From positions 512,001-576,000 of the forward strand of contig CBDCTZ010000005.1 of the NCBI GenBank assembly GCA_965222375.1: a DNA stretch of 64,000 nt, in the 5' to 3' direction. Made by a program: the position numbers and the translations under genes. Source of the stretch: Polyangiaceae bacterium (GTDB taxonomy: Bacteria > Myxococcota_A > Polyangia > Polyangiales > Polyangiaceae). Of this stretch, positions 9,656-21,780 are shown one piece after another (position 1 is the first letter of the stretch; the number at the start of each line of letters is the position of its first letter). The notes below the pieces were generated by a model. That model saw nothing but the letters and a program-made list of their open reading frames with translations, did not search any database and was not told the DNA's origin.

Positions 9656-10381
9656 CTAGGCGCACAACTTGTGATAGGCGGCGGACAGCTCCGAAAACTG
9701 CCGTAGCAGTTCCATCCGCTCCTCGGCGTCAGCGTCCGGGTGACGATCTGGGTGCACTTCGCGAGCAAGTTTTCGAAATGCGCGTTGAACGTCGGCGGCC
9801 GTTGCGGCGTCCGTCAGACCCAGCACCCGTAAAGCCTGGTCGCGTCGACCATCGCGACCCCGCGTGGGCCCATGAGTCCGTCGGGGGCGATCGTCTCGAG
9901 CTCGGCGACGACCGTGGAGGAATTCTCGCGGAGACAGCGGGATTTCGGCGAGGGGCTCCGGCGGCCGCCGCTGGGCGACGCGGAATCTCAGCTGTAGGTC
10001 TGGGAGATCGAAGAGCGCGCTCAGTTTGAGTTGGAGCTGTCGCCTGAGGGCGGCTCCGACGGCAACTGCAGAAACCCCCGCGTGGCGCCTGAGCAACTCG
10101 CCAGCCCTCCCGGCCTCGGCGCCCATCAGCGCACTCACGAACTTGGAACGTGCCGCCGGAGTCAGGAACCCTTGGTTATGCAACAGTTCTCCCAGTCGCG
10201 GCACTGGCAAGTTCGACTCCACGTGCTGGATGAGGCCGCTGCAGATGTGCACCCGATGGGCGCGCCCGGCGCTAGCCCCACGGGATTCGACGAGCTCCAG
10301 AACGCCGCTGGCTGTCTCCCGGTGGAGCGCACCCAGCACGTCTCCCAGGGTTGTGGGTCCCAACCGGCCGGGTAGCTTCAT
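9656..10381 (-). CDS. DUF4388-like N-terminal domain plus C-terminal J domain
   Basis: GRLGPTTLGDVLGALHRETASGVLEL, RLGELL, and C-terminal ALRVLGL..VQRAFRKLAREVHPD..LSAAY. Start reassigned to ATG 10381. Confidence 0.8.
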   Translation of the reverse strand: MKLPGRLGPTTLGDVLGALHRETASGVLELVESRGASAGRAHRVHICSGLIQHVESNLPVPRLGELLHNQGFLTPAARSKFVSALMGAEAGRAGELLRRHAGVSAVAVGAALRRQLQLKLSALFDLPDLQLRFRVAQRRPPEPLAEIPLSPREFLHGRRRARDDRPRRTHGPTRGRDGRRDQALRVLGLTDAATAADVQRAFRKLAREVHPDRHPDADAEERMELLRQFSELSAAYHKLCA

Positions 10382-10382
10382 C

Positions 10383-11813
10383 CTATACGTCGTTAGCGTT
10401 CGAACCTTGTACTGGCCAAGAATCGTGCTCCTGCGCCATGACGAGTGCTTCTCGCTGGGAGCGAACGGCCGCGCCCAACTCGCCGTCGTCAGCGAATGCA
10501 TCGGCACGCTCCAGCTCCCGACCCGCAGCGTCCCAGCGGCCCCCGCGCCCGTGTAGCTGTGCCAAAAAGTACCGAGCGTTGGCCTCCATGCACACGCGCG
10601 CAGCCGGCTCGACCCGACCCGGAGCGCTCCCGATGGTCTGCACCACAGCCGTGAGGTCGCTCCTGGCCTGCGGCATCAGGCCCAGTTCCGTCGGCAAGGC
10701 CGACAGGATGAGACCTCGACGCAGCGCCCCTAGGGCCGCAGCCGTGGGGTCAGCGTCGTCACCGGGCCGAGCCCGTGTCAGCGCAGAAAGGCCGCGGACA
10801 AGCCGTTCTAGACGCCCATCGGCCGTGGATTGGAGCGCTCGCTTGAGCTCGATCTCCGCCACCAGGATCTGCCCCAGCGGGGACTCCAAGTGTCGACGGG
10901 TCTTCAGCGGCCCTGCGCCGCCCAATAGCACGACCAAGGCTAGTGTGCGCGGCCTGAGGCTTTCCACCACAGCGGGGGGTAGTTCAGGCAGTCGTGACGT
11001 CTGCCCCGTAGCCAGCAAGTGCCAAACCCAATCGTGACCGCTGCCGCTCCGCGAGGACGCCGCGTCCGTCCACTGTGGCGCGAGTCGCTTCAGCGTTGCC
11101 GGTCCAAGCTCCAGGATCCGAACTTTCGCAAGCCGCATGTCACCCGCCGCATCAAGTAGCCGGGTCACCACCTGCTGCAGCGCGAAGCTTCGATAGGCAG
11201 CCACATAGCGAGCGACCGCGCCTCGACCCCGCGCGAGCGCGTCAACGGACCTTCCCAGAGCGCCGGTCGCCAGGGCATACGAGAAGAATGCTGCAGCCTC
11301 CGCTTCGACCAAACGCTGCAACGCCGGAGCGCAGGCACTCATGTCCGCGAGGCTCAGCTCCCGGGGACCTGGCTCCAACTGTGTGGCCTCAGCGACAGCC
11401 GCGAGCACCGCAAGGGCTGCAGGGGTTTCAATCGCCGCCGGCTCAGCCGAGCCACCCAGCAACCCTCGCTCGAGGGCGACGGCGAGGACGTCGTCGTGAT
11501 GCGCCAGCTGTCCTGGGGGCTGTGGCAGCGAAGGATCGAGCCCAAGCACTGTCGCAACTGTCTCGACATCCAGGCCACCGCCCTGGAGTCCCACCTCAAA
11601 CATGCTGCGTATCACCGCGATAGGTAAGAACTTCTCCTCGCGAAGGTAGCGAATGGCACGAAGCCGCTCGAGGTGGCGTTCATCGTAGGTAGCCCGAGTG
11701 CGCCCGCTGCGTCTGGGCTCGGGCAGCAGCCCCTCGCGGAGGTAGTAGTGAATGGTCTCCCTCGGGATCCCGCTCTCGCGGACGAGTTCCGCCATTCGCA
11801 TGCTGCGCGTCAT
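10383..11813 (-). CDS. MerR-family transcriptional regulator with long helical C-terminus
   Basis: MRMAELVRESGIPRETIHYYLREGLLP..YDERHLERLRAI is a MerR HTH. Start reassigned to ATG 11813. Confidence 0.85.
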   Translation of the reverse strand: MTRSMRMAELVRESGIPRETIHYYLREGLLPEPRRSGRTRATYDERHLERLRAIRYLREEKFLPIAVIRSMFEVGLQGGGLDVETVATVLGLDPSLPQPPGQLAHHDDVLAVALERGLLGGSAEPAAIETPAALAVLAAVAEATQLEPGPRELSLADMSACAPALQRLVEAEAAAFFSYALATGALGRSVDALARGRGAVARYVAAYRSFALQQVVTRLLDAAGDMRLAKVRILELGPATLKRLAPQWTDAASSRSGSGHDWVWHLLATGQTSRLPELPPAVVESLRPRTLALVVLLGGAGPLKTRRHLESPLGQILVAEIELKRALQSTADGRLERLVRGLSALTRARPGDDADPTAAALGALRRGLILSALPTELGLMPQARSDLTAVVQTIGSAPGRVEPAARVCMEANARYFLAQLHGRGGRWDAAGRELERADAFADDGELGAAVRSQREALVMAQEHDSWPVQGSNANDV

Positions 11814-12241
11814 GGTTCGCTGATGCTGCCGACCCGCACTCCAGCCTTGGTCAGGGTCTGCCCTGACTCGCAGGCAGCCTCTGCCCGACAAACGACCCAG
11901 CGGGCTGAAACCTCCAGCTCACCCTGCCCAGCGCCGGTGGCGGCCAATGCGATGGGGAGCCGCAAGCGAGTCGGGGTTCTGGCGCTGACCTGAGATCGCC
12001 CGACCCGAGACCGGAGGGGTGACGCAAAATCGGGACTCCGCACCACCAGACCGTCGGCCCAACTGAGCCGAAACGCTCTGCTAGCCTCTACTTCGAGCTC
12101 GCACAGCACCCGCCCCGGTCCCGCTTCCGGCCGGCAGCTCAATCGGGCGCTCGCTGGCGACGCAGGCTCGGCTTGGGCGACGGTCGCCAGCGCTGCGGCG
12201 CCACCGAAGCACACTGCCAAGAGTCTCGAATGCGATGTCAT
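11810..12241 (-). CDS. Secreted beta-sandwich protein, DsbD N-terminal domain-like
   Basis: Signal peptide, beta-strand pattern, terminal VVCRAEAAC cysteine pair; ATGA overlap with the MerR gene. Confidence 0.55.
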   Translation of the reverse strand: MTSHSRLLAVCFGGAAALATVAQAEPASPASARLSCRPEAGPGRVLCELEVEASRAFRLSWADGLVVRSPDFASPLRSRVGRSQVSARTPTRLRLPIALAATGAGQGELEVSARWVVCRAEAACESGQTLTKAGVRVGSISEP

Positions 12242-12321
12242 GACTGATACAGGTCTGGCTCGTGTTCGCAGTGCATTCCAAACCATCGGAGCAAACTGGT
12301 TTCAGGCTTCCCTTTTGCATC

Positions 12322-12507
12322 CTACTCGATGAGGGCATGGGTCAGGCCGTTTTCCTGTCCCAGATGCTGTACGGCCAGGTTGATCATGCGAACCCAACTG
12401 CCGGTATTCAAATGCAACTTGCCGGCGTCCAAGGCGTGGAGCTTGCGAGCGCGAGACCCCAAGGCAGCGAACCCCTGAGGACCACTTGGACGACCCTCAT
12501 CCCGTGG
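12322..12507. ncRNA. Putative structured non-coding element, family not recognised
   Basis: Nested inverted repeats: GATGAGGG 12328-12335 / CCCTCATC 12494-12501; GGCCGT 12345-12350 / ACGGCC 12371-12376; GCCGGTA 12400-12406 / TGCCGGC 12420-12426; CGTCCAAG 12426-12433 / CTTGGACG 12485-12492. Confidence 0.5.
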
Positions 12508-12549
12508 CGATCCGAGCCCAACGCAAAAACATCCCAGAAAAGTCATGGA

Positions 12550-13617
12550 TTACGGCCGTGGTGGCGCGTAGAAGTCCACCAGTCGAAGCGCCTCCGGGGA
12601 AAGACGTGCAGTGACCTTGCTGCGCTCGCCCCGCGGGTCTCCACCGATTTGGAACACCGTCGGCGGATCCATCTCGATACTGATGGCGTCGACCAGATAG
12701 TCGAATACCACGCTCGGGTCGTGGAACTCGCCTCGCCAGATCGAAGGGAAGGACCGCACGAACTGCACTGGGCCGATCGTGGAGACCCGCAGATGCATGC
12801 GGTCATCACGCTCGTCCGCGAAGGGGAAGAACCGAAATCCGAAGCCGTAGTAAGGGATGCTGCCCAACGCTGCGACCTTTGACGGCCCCTCGTAGATGAC
12901 CTCGCCGCGTGGGATCGGTTGGCCCACGACCTGCCCCTTATCACCCATTCGGAAGGCGTCGCCGCCTTCGTTGATCACCCGGCAGTGCGGCTCGGGACGG
13001 ATGAAGTAGCTGGGAATGGAGCGGGTGACGGAACCCACTGCGTAGCTCAAGGCCCCCGCTGCGTAGCGCTTGAGGGGCGTTTTCATCAACATCGCTTTGA
13101 CGTTAGCGTGGTCCCTCAAGACCACCGCATCCACGCCAAATCCGGCGAAAGGCGTCAGGAAACCGTCCACTTCCACCAACCGCACACTACGGCTGCCAGC
13201 GTCCTCCCGCAGCCGTTGAATGTCCGCGGCAAGCCCCCGCCCCTTGGCACGACTGGCACCGACCACCCAAGCCAGCGCGTTCCCGGTCCCCAGCTTCAGC
13301 AGACCGATCCTGGGGAGCGGCTTGTGCTGGGCGCGAGCTTCCCGGACCAGATCCGAAACAATCACGGTGAATGTGCCGTCCCCACCGCCGGTGAGGACCG
13401 TGCCGTATCCACGGGACAGCAGCGTCTTGACAATCTCTCGGCTGTCTTCCAGGTGCCGCGACACGAACAGGTCACCACCGAGCAAGATCTGGTCGAGAGT
13501 GGAGATCACCTCGTCGGTCACGCTCCTGGCATTGCCGTTCACGACGACCGCAATCCGGTCACTCGGTAGAGGCGCCGCCGCCACTGAAGGCGATTGGGCA
13601 TGAGCGTCATCCGTCAT
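12550..13617 (-). CDS. Diacylglycerol kinase-family lipid kinase
   Basis: VVVNGNA, GGGDGT, LKLGTGNALA, AGFGVDA, YYGFG, FQIGGD. Confidence 0.88.
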   Translation of the reverse strand: MTDDAHAQSPSVAAAPLPSDRIAVVVNGNARSVTDEVISTLDQILLGGDLFVSRHLEDSREIVKTLLSRGYGTVLTGGGDGTFTVIVSDLVREARAQHKPLPRIGLLKLGTGNALAWVVGASRAKGRGLAADIQRLREDAGSRSVRLVEVDGFLTPFAGFGVDAVVLRDHANVKAMLMKTPLKRYAAGALSYAVGSVTRSIPSYFIRPEPHCRVINEGGDAFRMGDKGQVVGQPIPRGEVIYEGPSKVAALGSIPYYGFGFRFFPFADERDDRMHLRVSTIGPVQFVRSFPSIWRGEFHDPSVVFDYLVDAISIEMDPPTVFQIGGDPRGERSKVTARLSPEALRLVDFYAPPRP

Positions 13618-13736
13618 CAGCTGTCTGAATACCACGCCGCCCGGCCCTCAGCGGCACTGGGCTCGAAAGCTTGGCCGCCGCCGAGGAGATGTCATACTGT
13701 TAGGTAAGGCTCCCGCCAGCTGGTTCGGGCGGCACC

Positions 13737-16290
<2,554 letters not shown>

Positions 16291-16351
16291 GCGAGCGTTA
16301 GAGTAGCCGGATTCTGCGGGGGATGCCACGAATGCGCCTGCGGCGCCCGAC

Positions 16352-17851
16352 TCAGCCTCCGGGCGCGTCGAAATTGTCGTACTGGTCAAACTCGTAGTCG
16401 TCCGCCGCCAGGTTATCGAAGCGCGTATACTCGGGCGTGAACTTCACGCGCATGTTCCCGGTTGGGCCGTTCCTCTGCTTGGCGACGATGACTTCGGCGA
16501 TGCCCTTGTCTGGGCTATCCCGGAAGTAGTACTCGTCCCGGTAGATGAACATGATGGTATCCGCGTCCTGCTCGATGGCACCGGATTCGCGCAAATCGCT
16601 CAGTTGGGGCCGCTTGTCCTTGGTGGCCCGCGTTTCCACGGAGCGATTGAGCTGACTGAGGGCCAACACTGGAACTCGCATTTCCTTGGCCATGCCCTTG
16701 AGACCTCGGGAAAGTTCGCTGATTTCTTGCTCTCGGCTACCGGCGTCTCGCCGGCCCTGCATCAGCTGGAGGTAGTCGATGACCACCAGCCCAAGCTTGC
16801 CACTGGAGCTCACGCCTTCAGAAGCTCGCTCCAGCTCCGCCTTCAATCGCCGGATCTTGGCGCGCAGGTCAAGAAGGGTGAGGGCCGGTGTGTCGTCGAG
16901 GAACAGGGGCAAACGGCCCAACCGGGCGGCGGCACCGGTCAGTTTCTCCCAATCCTCCCGGCGCATGTCGCCACTGCGAATGCGCGATACGTCCACCCGC
17001 GCCTCGCTCGCCAACATTCGGGAGGCCAGCTGCTCCCTTGGCATTTCCAGGGAAAAGAACGCAACGCCGTCTCCCGGCTCCTCGATGGAGTCCTCCTCCT
17101 GGGGATCAGCTATGTCGACGGGATTGCGTCGCCTTGGTTGCGCCACATTGACTGCCATGTTCAGAACGAATGCGGTCTTCCCCATTCCGGGCCGGCCCGC
17201 CACGATATAGAGATCACCGCCGTGAAGGCCCGCGCAGCGTTTGTCCAATTCTGTGAACCCACTGGGCGTACCCGTAATCGCCCCGCCTCGTTTGGCCGCC
17301 TCGGTCAGGATTTTGAAAGCGTCGTGGATGGCGTCACGGACTGGCACGACGGTGGAGCCCTCGGGCACCCGGGCAATGTCGAAGACAGCCTGCTCGGCCC
17401 GATCAATGAACGCCTGAGCCTCCCCGTAGTCGCCGTAGCCCTCAGCGGTGAAGCTCTGGCAGGCCGCAATCAGCTCACGAATGCGCCACTTTTCGCGAAT
17501 AGCGCGGGCATGATGCTCCACGTTCGCGACCGCGGGCGTTGCGTCCGCCAGTTGGGCCAAATACGGCGACCCACCCACTTGGGTCAGTCGTTCTCTGTCC
17601 CGCAGCCAGCCTGCAACGCTCACCAGATCGACAGGATGGCCCTGCCGCTGCAGATCCAGGACTGCTTCGAAGATTCGACGATGACGGCCAGCATAGAAAT
17701 GCTCCGGCAGCAGGACCTCTTGAACCCGGTCAAAAGCTTCCGAAGACAGTAGGACCGAGGACAGAACGGCCGCTTCCGCATCCAAATCGTGTGGCGGAAC
17801 CCTGCCGCCCACAGACGGGGAATCCTCCTCGGGGACGCGTTGGACCTGCAT
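16352..17851 (-). CDS. dnaB: Replicative DNA helicase
   Basis: PPHDLDAEAAVL, GRPGMGKT, FSLEM, IDYLQLM, LSQLNR, SDLRESGAIEQDAD, KQRNGPTG. Confidence 0.97.
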   Translation of the reverse strand: MQVQRVPEEDSPSVGGRVPPHDLDAEAAVLSSVLLSSEAFDRVQEVLLPEHFYAGRHRRIFEAVLDLQRQGHPVDLVSVAGWLRDRERLTQVGGSPYLAQLADATPAVANVEHHARAIREKWRIRELIAACQSFTAEGYGDYGEAQAFIDRAEQAVFDIARVPEGSTVVPVRDAIHDAFKILTEAAKRGGAITGTPSGFTELDKRCAGLHGGDLYIVAGRPGMGKTAFVLNMAVNVAQPRRRNPVDIADPQEEDSIEEPGDGVAFFSLEMPREQLASRMLASEARVDVSRIRSGDMRREDWEKLTGAAARLGRLPLFLDDTPALTLLDLRAKIRRLKAELERASEGVSSSGKLGLVVIDYLQLMQGRRDAGSREQEISELSRGLKGMAKEMRVPVLALSQLNRSVETRATKDKRPQLSDLRESGAIEQDADTIMFIYRDEYYFRDSPDKGIAEVIVAKQRNGPTGNMRVKFTPEYTRFDNLAADDYEFDQYDNFDAPGG

Positions 17852-17951
17852 CAACTTACTCCCGTCATGCTGAGCCTCGCTTGGGCAGGGTGCCTCTGAC
17901 GCGATAGCAGAGGAAGCTCGCCCGGGGCTGACAAACAAGGTCCGATTCGAG

Positions 17952-17994
17952 TTTTCCAGAAGTTCTCAAGATACCTATCCACGAGTTGTCCCCA
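17952..17994 (+). promoter_or_regulatory. Array of degenerate DnaA-box-like 9-mers upstream of dnaB
   Basis: TTTTCCAGA 17952, TTCTCAAGA 17963, CTATCCACG 17975, TTGTCCCCA 17986; 1-3 mismatches to TTWTNCACA. Confidence 0.4.
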
Positions 17995-18067
17995 GGCGCC
18001 CAAATGCACCGCACCCCGACGACTGAAGATCGCCGGGGTGCGGTTGACAGAACGTTGTGTACCTAGT

Positions 18068-18529
18068 TCAGCCCTGTTTGACAACCTCCACGCGAAGTTG
18101 AACCACGACTTCCGGGTGCAACTTCAGAGGAACTTCCGAGAGCCCCAGAGTCTTGATTGGCTCTGCCAACGTGAGCTTGCGACGGTCGAAGTTGAGCTTG
18201 TGCTGAGAAGCGTACGCTTCCTCGATATCCTTGGAGGTCACCGAGCCGTACATCTTGTTTTCTTCACCCACGGCACGCTCCAGCTTCACGCTCGCAGCCT
18301 CGAGTTTCGCCGCCAGCCCCTTGGCTTCTTGCAAGGCGCGTTCGGCCTTTTGAGAAGCGAGACGCTTGAGCTCACCAACCCGCGCCAAGCTGGCGGCGGT
18401 AGCCGGCGCCGCTAGGCCACGGGGGATCAGGAAGTTGCGAGCATATCCGGGACGCACTTTCACAACATCTCCACTACCGCCGAGATGGTCTACGTCGTCC
18501 TGCAGGACTACTTTGATCGGACTAGCCAT
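18068..18529 (-). CDS. rplI: 50S ribosomal protein L9
   Basis: LGGSGDVVKVRPGYARNFLIP, MYGSVT, PIKTLG. Confidence 0.97.
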   Translation of the reverse strand: MASPIKVVLQDDVDHLGGSGDVVKVRPGYARNFLIPRGLAAPATAASLARVGELKRLASQKAERALQEAKGLAAKLEAASVKLERAVGEENKMYGSVTSKDIEEAYASQHKLNFDRRKLTLAEPIKTLGLSEVPLKLHPEVVVQLRVEVVKQG

Positions 18530-18541
18530 TTTTCGTCTCCT

Positions 18542-18814
18542 TCAACTCGAAGTGAAGGGCAAGAGGGCGATGTTGCGGGACCGCTTGATCGCCACAGCCA
18601 ATTCGCGCTGGTGCTTCGCACAGGTACCGGAAATACGACGCGGCACGATCTTGCCACGCTCGGTGACGAAGTACTTGAGCGCTTGGGGGTCTTTGTAGTC
18701 GATGACCAGCTCCTCGTCGGAGCAGAAGCCACAACCACGGCGGCGACCACGACGGAATGCTCCGCCTTCCATGCCCATTCCTTTGGGGTCTTTCTTGTCG
18801 GCAAACATGTTCAT
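18542..18814 (-). CDS. rpsR: 30S ribosomal protein S18
   Basis: [42 protein letters not shown]. Confidence 0.97.
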   Translation of the reverse strand: MNMFADKKDPKGMGMEGGAFRRGRRRGCGFCSDEELVIDYKDPQALKYFVTERGKIVPRRISGTCAKHQRELAVAIKRSRNIALLPFTSS

Positions 18815-19437
18815 GATTCTGCCCCTTCCTTGGAATCGGCCTCGGCGACCGGCTTGGCTTCCGCGTCGGCTGGCTTCGCGGCTGCGTCAGCAGCGGCTTT
18901 GGCGCCTTCTTCCGCGACAGGCGGCGGCACGGCTACCGGATTGGCAAATCCATCTTCAGCACCCTCGGCGCCACTACGCTCGTCACGCACGCGCGGGGCC
19001 CCCTCGACCAGGCCTAGCCGCTGCTCCAGGGTCTCTTCCACGTCGTCATCGGCCGGCGGCTCTACGTCGTCGAACACGACCGCTTTTGGATCAACCTTGA
19101 CGTTGGCCACGTCCACTTCATCATTGGTGAGCACAGTCTGGAACTTGATGACACTGTCGAGCATACGCAGGTTGCGCTCGAGTTCCGTTACGACTGCGCC
19201 GCGGCCCAGGTACTTGAGGTAGACGTAGACCCCGCGGCGCTGTTTGCCCACGGCGTATGCGAGCTGCCGGCGTCCCCAGCTCTCGACGGCCGTGAGGGTA
19301 CCGCCCTCTTTGCCGATTGCATCCCCGACCCGCTCGGCCACTTTTTGCGCTGCTTCTTTCGCCGTGTCAGCGCGGAGGATGTAGATGGTCTCGTATTCGC
19401 GCGGGGGCAACTTGCCCACGCTTTGGGTTGCAGACAT
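18811..19437 (-). CDS. rpsF: 30S ribosomal protein S6 with long acidic C-terminal tail
   Basis: [29 protein letters not shown] 19437 follows a GGGAG Shine-Dalgarno sequence. Confidence 0.93.
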   Translation of the reverse strand: MSATQSVGKLPPREYETIYILRADTAKEAAQKVAERVGDAIGKEGGTLTAVESWGRRQLAYAVGKQRRGVYVYLKYLGRGAVVTELERNLRMLDSVIKFQTVLTNDEVDVANVKVDPKAVVFDDVEPPADDDVEETLEQRLGLVEGAPRVRDERSGAEGAEDGFANPVAVPPPVAEEGAKAAADAAAKPADAEAKPVAEADSKEGAES

Positions 19438-19447
19438 TCTTGATTGT

Positions 19448-19489
19448 CTCCCTTCGGACTGTTGGCCCCCACCGGGTGGGAGCAAGGAG
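19448..19489 (-). promoter_or_regulatory. S6:S18 (rpsF) ribosomal protein leader RNA
   Basis: The minus strand reads CTCCTT-GCTCCCACCCGGTGGGGGC-CAACAGT-CCG-AAGGGAG: an outer stem sequestering the SD, an inner hairpin and an unpaired CCG, matching the known S6:S18 autoregulatory motif. Confidence 0.75.
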
Positions 19490-20089
19490 TCAGCGCGGAT
19501 TGCGCTGGTTCACCACATTCATCGCCGCGGCGAGGCCGGATTCGACACTGAGCATGGTGGCCTCGACGGCTCGTCCAACACTCGATTCCAGTGCTGGCCG
19601 ATCCGCAAGGGGAACGGCTTCTAGCACGAAATCCGCTACCGTCCCGACAAAAGTCGCCTCAGGACGTCCGATTCCTATCCTGAGGCGCGCATAGTCGGCG
19701 CTGCCCAGGCAATCCGTCACGCTGGACAGCCCTCGATGACCTCCAGCGCCGCCGCCCAGCTTGAGACGGAGGCTACCAAAGGGCAGGTCCAGCTCGTCGT
19801 GGACCACCAGGATCTCGGCAGGGGGCACACTGGCCTGGCGTGCCACGAACGCCACGGCCCGCCCGGATTCGTTCATGTACGTGCGTGGGGCTGCCACGAG
19901 CACGGGCACGCCGTGAACCACGGTGTGGGCCACTTGGACCAGAGAATGGCTTTCGACTCGCACGGACCCCACGCGCTGGATCAGCGCGGCGGTCGCCATT
20001 CGCCCCACGTTGTGTCGGGTCGACTCGTAGCGCGGACCGGGGTTGCCAAGCCCCACCACGATGCGAGGTTTGATTGCCGGTTCCGACAC
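19490..20089 (-). CDS. pth: Peptidyl-tRNA hydrolase
   Basis: VGLGNPG..TRHNVG, TYMNESG, HDELDLP, GGHRGL, RLRIGIGRP. Confidence 0.96.
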   Translation of the reverse strand: MSEPAIKPRIVVGLGNPGPRYESTRHNVGRMATAALIQRVGSVRVESHSLVQVAHTVVHGVPVLVAAPRTYMNESGRAVAFVARQASVPPAEILVVHDELDLPFGSLRLKLGGGAGGHRGLSSVTDCLGSADYARLRIGIGRPEATFVGTVADFVLEAVPLADRPALESSVGRAVEATMLSVESGLAAAMNVVNQRNPR

Positions 20090-20128
20090 CGTGCAGGCCG
20101 CCTCTCACTCCGCTGAGCCGGGGGGCAG

Positions 20129-20800
20129 CTATTCCTTGTCTTTGCCCTCGGCGGCCGCATCGGCCGCGGCGGGCGCCGCGGCGTCGCCAGGAGCGGCTGC
20201 CGTTGCTTCGGTCGCCGCCGCTTCCTCCTCAGCCTCGACGCTCTTGCGAAGGGTAACCACCGCCGCCACGGTCTGTGCCGCGGGGAGGCGAACTTCGACG
20301 CCCTCGCCAACTTGGAGCTCTCCAGCGGCCACCGCACCGTCGATCTCCAGCGCCGTGACGTCGTGGACGATCTTGGCGGGGATGTCCTTGGGCAGGCAGC
20401 GGATGGGTAGGCGACGGAACACTTGGCGCAGCACGCCGCCCAGGACCACGCCGGCAGCCTTGCCGGACAGCTCCAGGGGCACCTCGACTTCGACCGGCTC
20501 ATCCAGAGAGATCCGGTAGAAATCCGCGTGCAAGAGCGCTCGTGAGACCGGGTGGTACTGGTAGTCGGTCAACAGACACGACATCTTGTCTTTGCCATCC
20601 ACGGATAGTTCGACCACAGAGTTGCGTCCGCGTTCCGCGTCTAGCACGTTCAGAACATCTTTCGGCGCGATGGCAACCGGCACGGCAGGCTCTCCCTTGC
20701 CGTAGGTGACCGCGGGGATCTTGCCCGCAGCACGCAAGCGCTTGGCAACACCCTTGCCCTGGGCCTCTCGACGAGTAGCTTCGATTTTCACGGTTTCCAT
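20129..20800 (-). CDS. rplY: 50S ribosomal protein L25/Ctc (long form)
   Basis: GKGVAKRLRAAGKIPAVTYG, QYHPV..LHADFY, GVVLGGVL. Confidence 0.95.
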   Translation of the reverse strand: METVKIEATRREAQGKGVAKRLRAAGKIPAVTYGKGEPAVPVAIAPKDVLNVLDAERGRNSVVELSVDGKDKMSCLLTDYQYHPVSRALLHADFYRISLDEPVEVEVPLELSGKAAGVVLGGVLRQVFRRLPIRCLPKDIPAKIVHDVTALEIDGAVAAGELQVGEGVEVRLPAAQTVAAVVTLRKSVEAEEEAAATEATAAAPGDAAAPAAADAAAEGKDKE

Positions 20801-20832
20801 GACTCTTCTCTTCTTCTTTGCTGGCGGTGTCG

Positions 20833-21780
20833 TCACACGAATAGCGAGCTGACGCTATCGCTGTTGTGGATTCGCCGAATGGCCTCCCCCAACAGGCGCC
20901 CGATGGACAACACTCGAATCTTCTCGCACGCCTTCGCTTCGGTCGAAGGCGGAATTGAATTGGTCACGACGACCTCGGCTAGCTTGGACTCGGCAATACG
21001 TTGCACGGCCGGACCAGAGAGCACGCCGTGGGTCGCACAAGCCACCACACTCTTCGCACCCGCTTCCATCACGGCTTCTGCCGCATTGCACAGCGTACCA
21101 GCGGTATCGATCATGTCGTCTACGATGATGCAATCCCGGCCATCGACGTCACCGATGATATGCATGACTTCGCTGACGTTGGCCTGCTCACGACGCTTGT
21201 CGATAATCGCCAAAGAAGCGTGCATTCGCTTCGAGTACGCGCGGGCACGCTCCACGCCGCCAGCATCCGGAGACACGAAAACCGCGTTCTCGTCGAACCG
21301 CACGCGCAAGTAATCCTCCAACATCACCGGCAGTGCGTAGAGATGGTCGAAGGGGATGTTGAAGAATCCTTGAATTTGACCTGCGTGCAAATCCACACAC
21401 AGCACGCGGTTGACTCCCGCAGCGACCAACAAGTCGGCTACAAGTTTGGAGGTGATCGGTGTTCGTGGCGCGACCTTGCGGTCCTGTCGCGCGTAGCCGT
21501 AGTAAGGAATGACCGCGGTGATGGAGGCTGAAGAGGCGCGCCTCAGCGCGTCACACAGGATCAGCAGCTCCATCAGATTGTCGTTGACGGGTGAGCACGT
21601 GGGCTGAACGACATAAGTGTCCAGCCCGCGGACATTTTCCCGTATCTCACAGAAGGTCTCGCCGTCACTGAACCGGGATACGCGCACCTCACCTAGCGGC
21701 GTAGCCAAGACCTGGCCGATCTCTTCGGAGAGTTCCGGATGGGCATTACCCGTAAATAGACAGACTCGTTTGACGGCCAC
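20833..21780 (-). CDS. prs: Ribose-phosphate pyrophosphokinase
   Basis: [48 protein letters not shown]. Confidence 0.98.
   Translation of the reverse strand: MAVKRVCLFTGNAHPELSEEIGQVLATPLGEVRVSRFSDGETFCEIRENVRGLDTYVVQPTCSPVNDNLMELLILCDALRRASSASITAVIPYYGYARQDRKVAPRTPITSKLVADLLVAAGVNRVLCVDLHAGQIQGFFNIPFDHLYALPVMLEDYLRVRFDENAVFVSPDAGGVERARAYSKRMHASLAIIDKRREQANVSEVMHIIGDVDGRDCIIVDDMIDTAGTLCNAAEAVMEAGAKSVVACATHGVLSGPAVQRIAESKLAEVVVTNSIPPSTEAKACEKIRVLSIGRLLGEAIRRIHNSDSVSSLFV

Noticed and set aside
12262..12882. 206-aa plus-strand ORF across the structured gap
   Set aside because: Mostly antisense to the lipid kinase gene and has no recognisable motif; the gap is better explained as non-coding.
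17070..17145. Insertion in DnaB as a possible intein
   Set aside because: Only about 20 aa (RRRNPVDIADPQEEDSIEE) and lacks intein terminal residues (C/S start, HN end).
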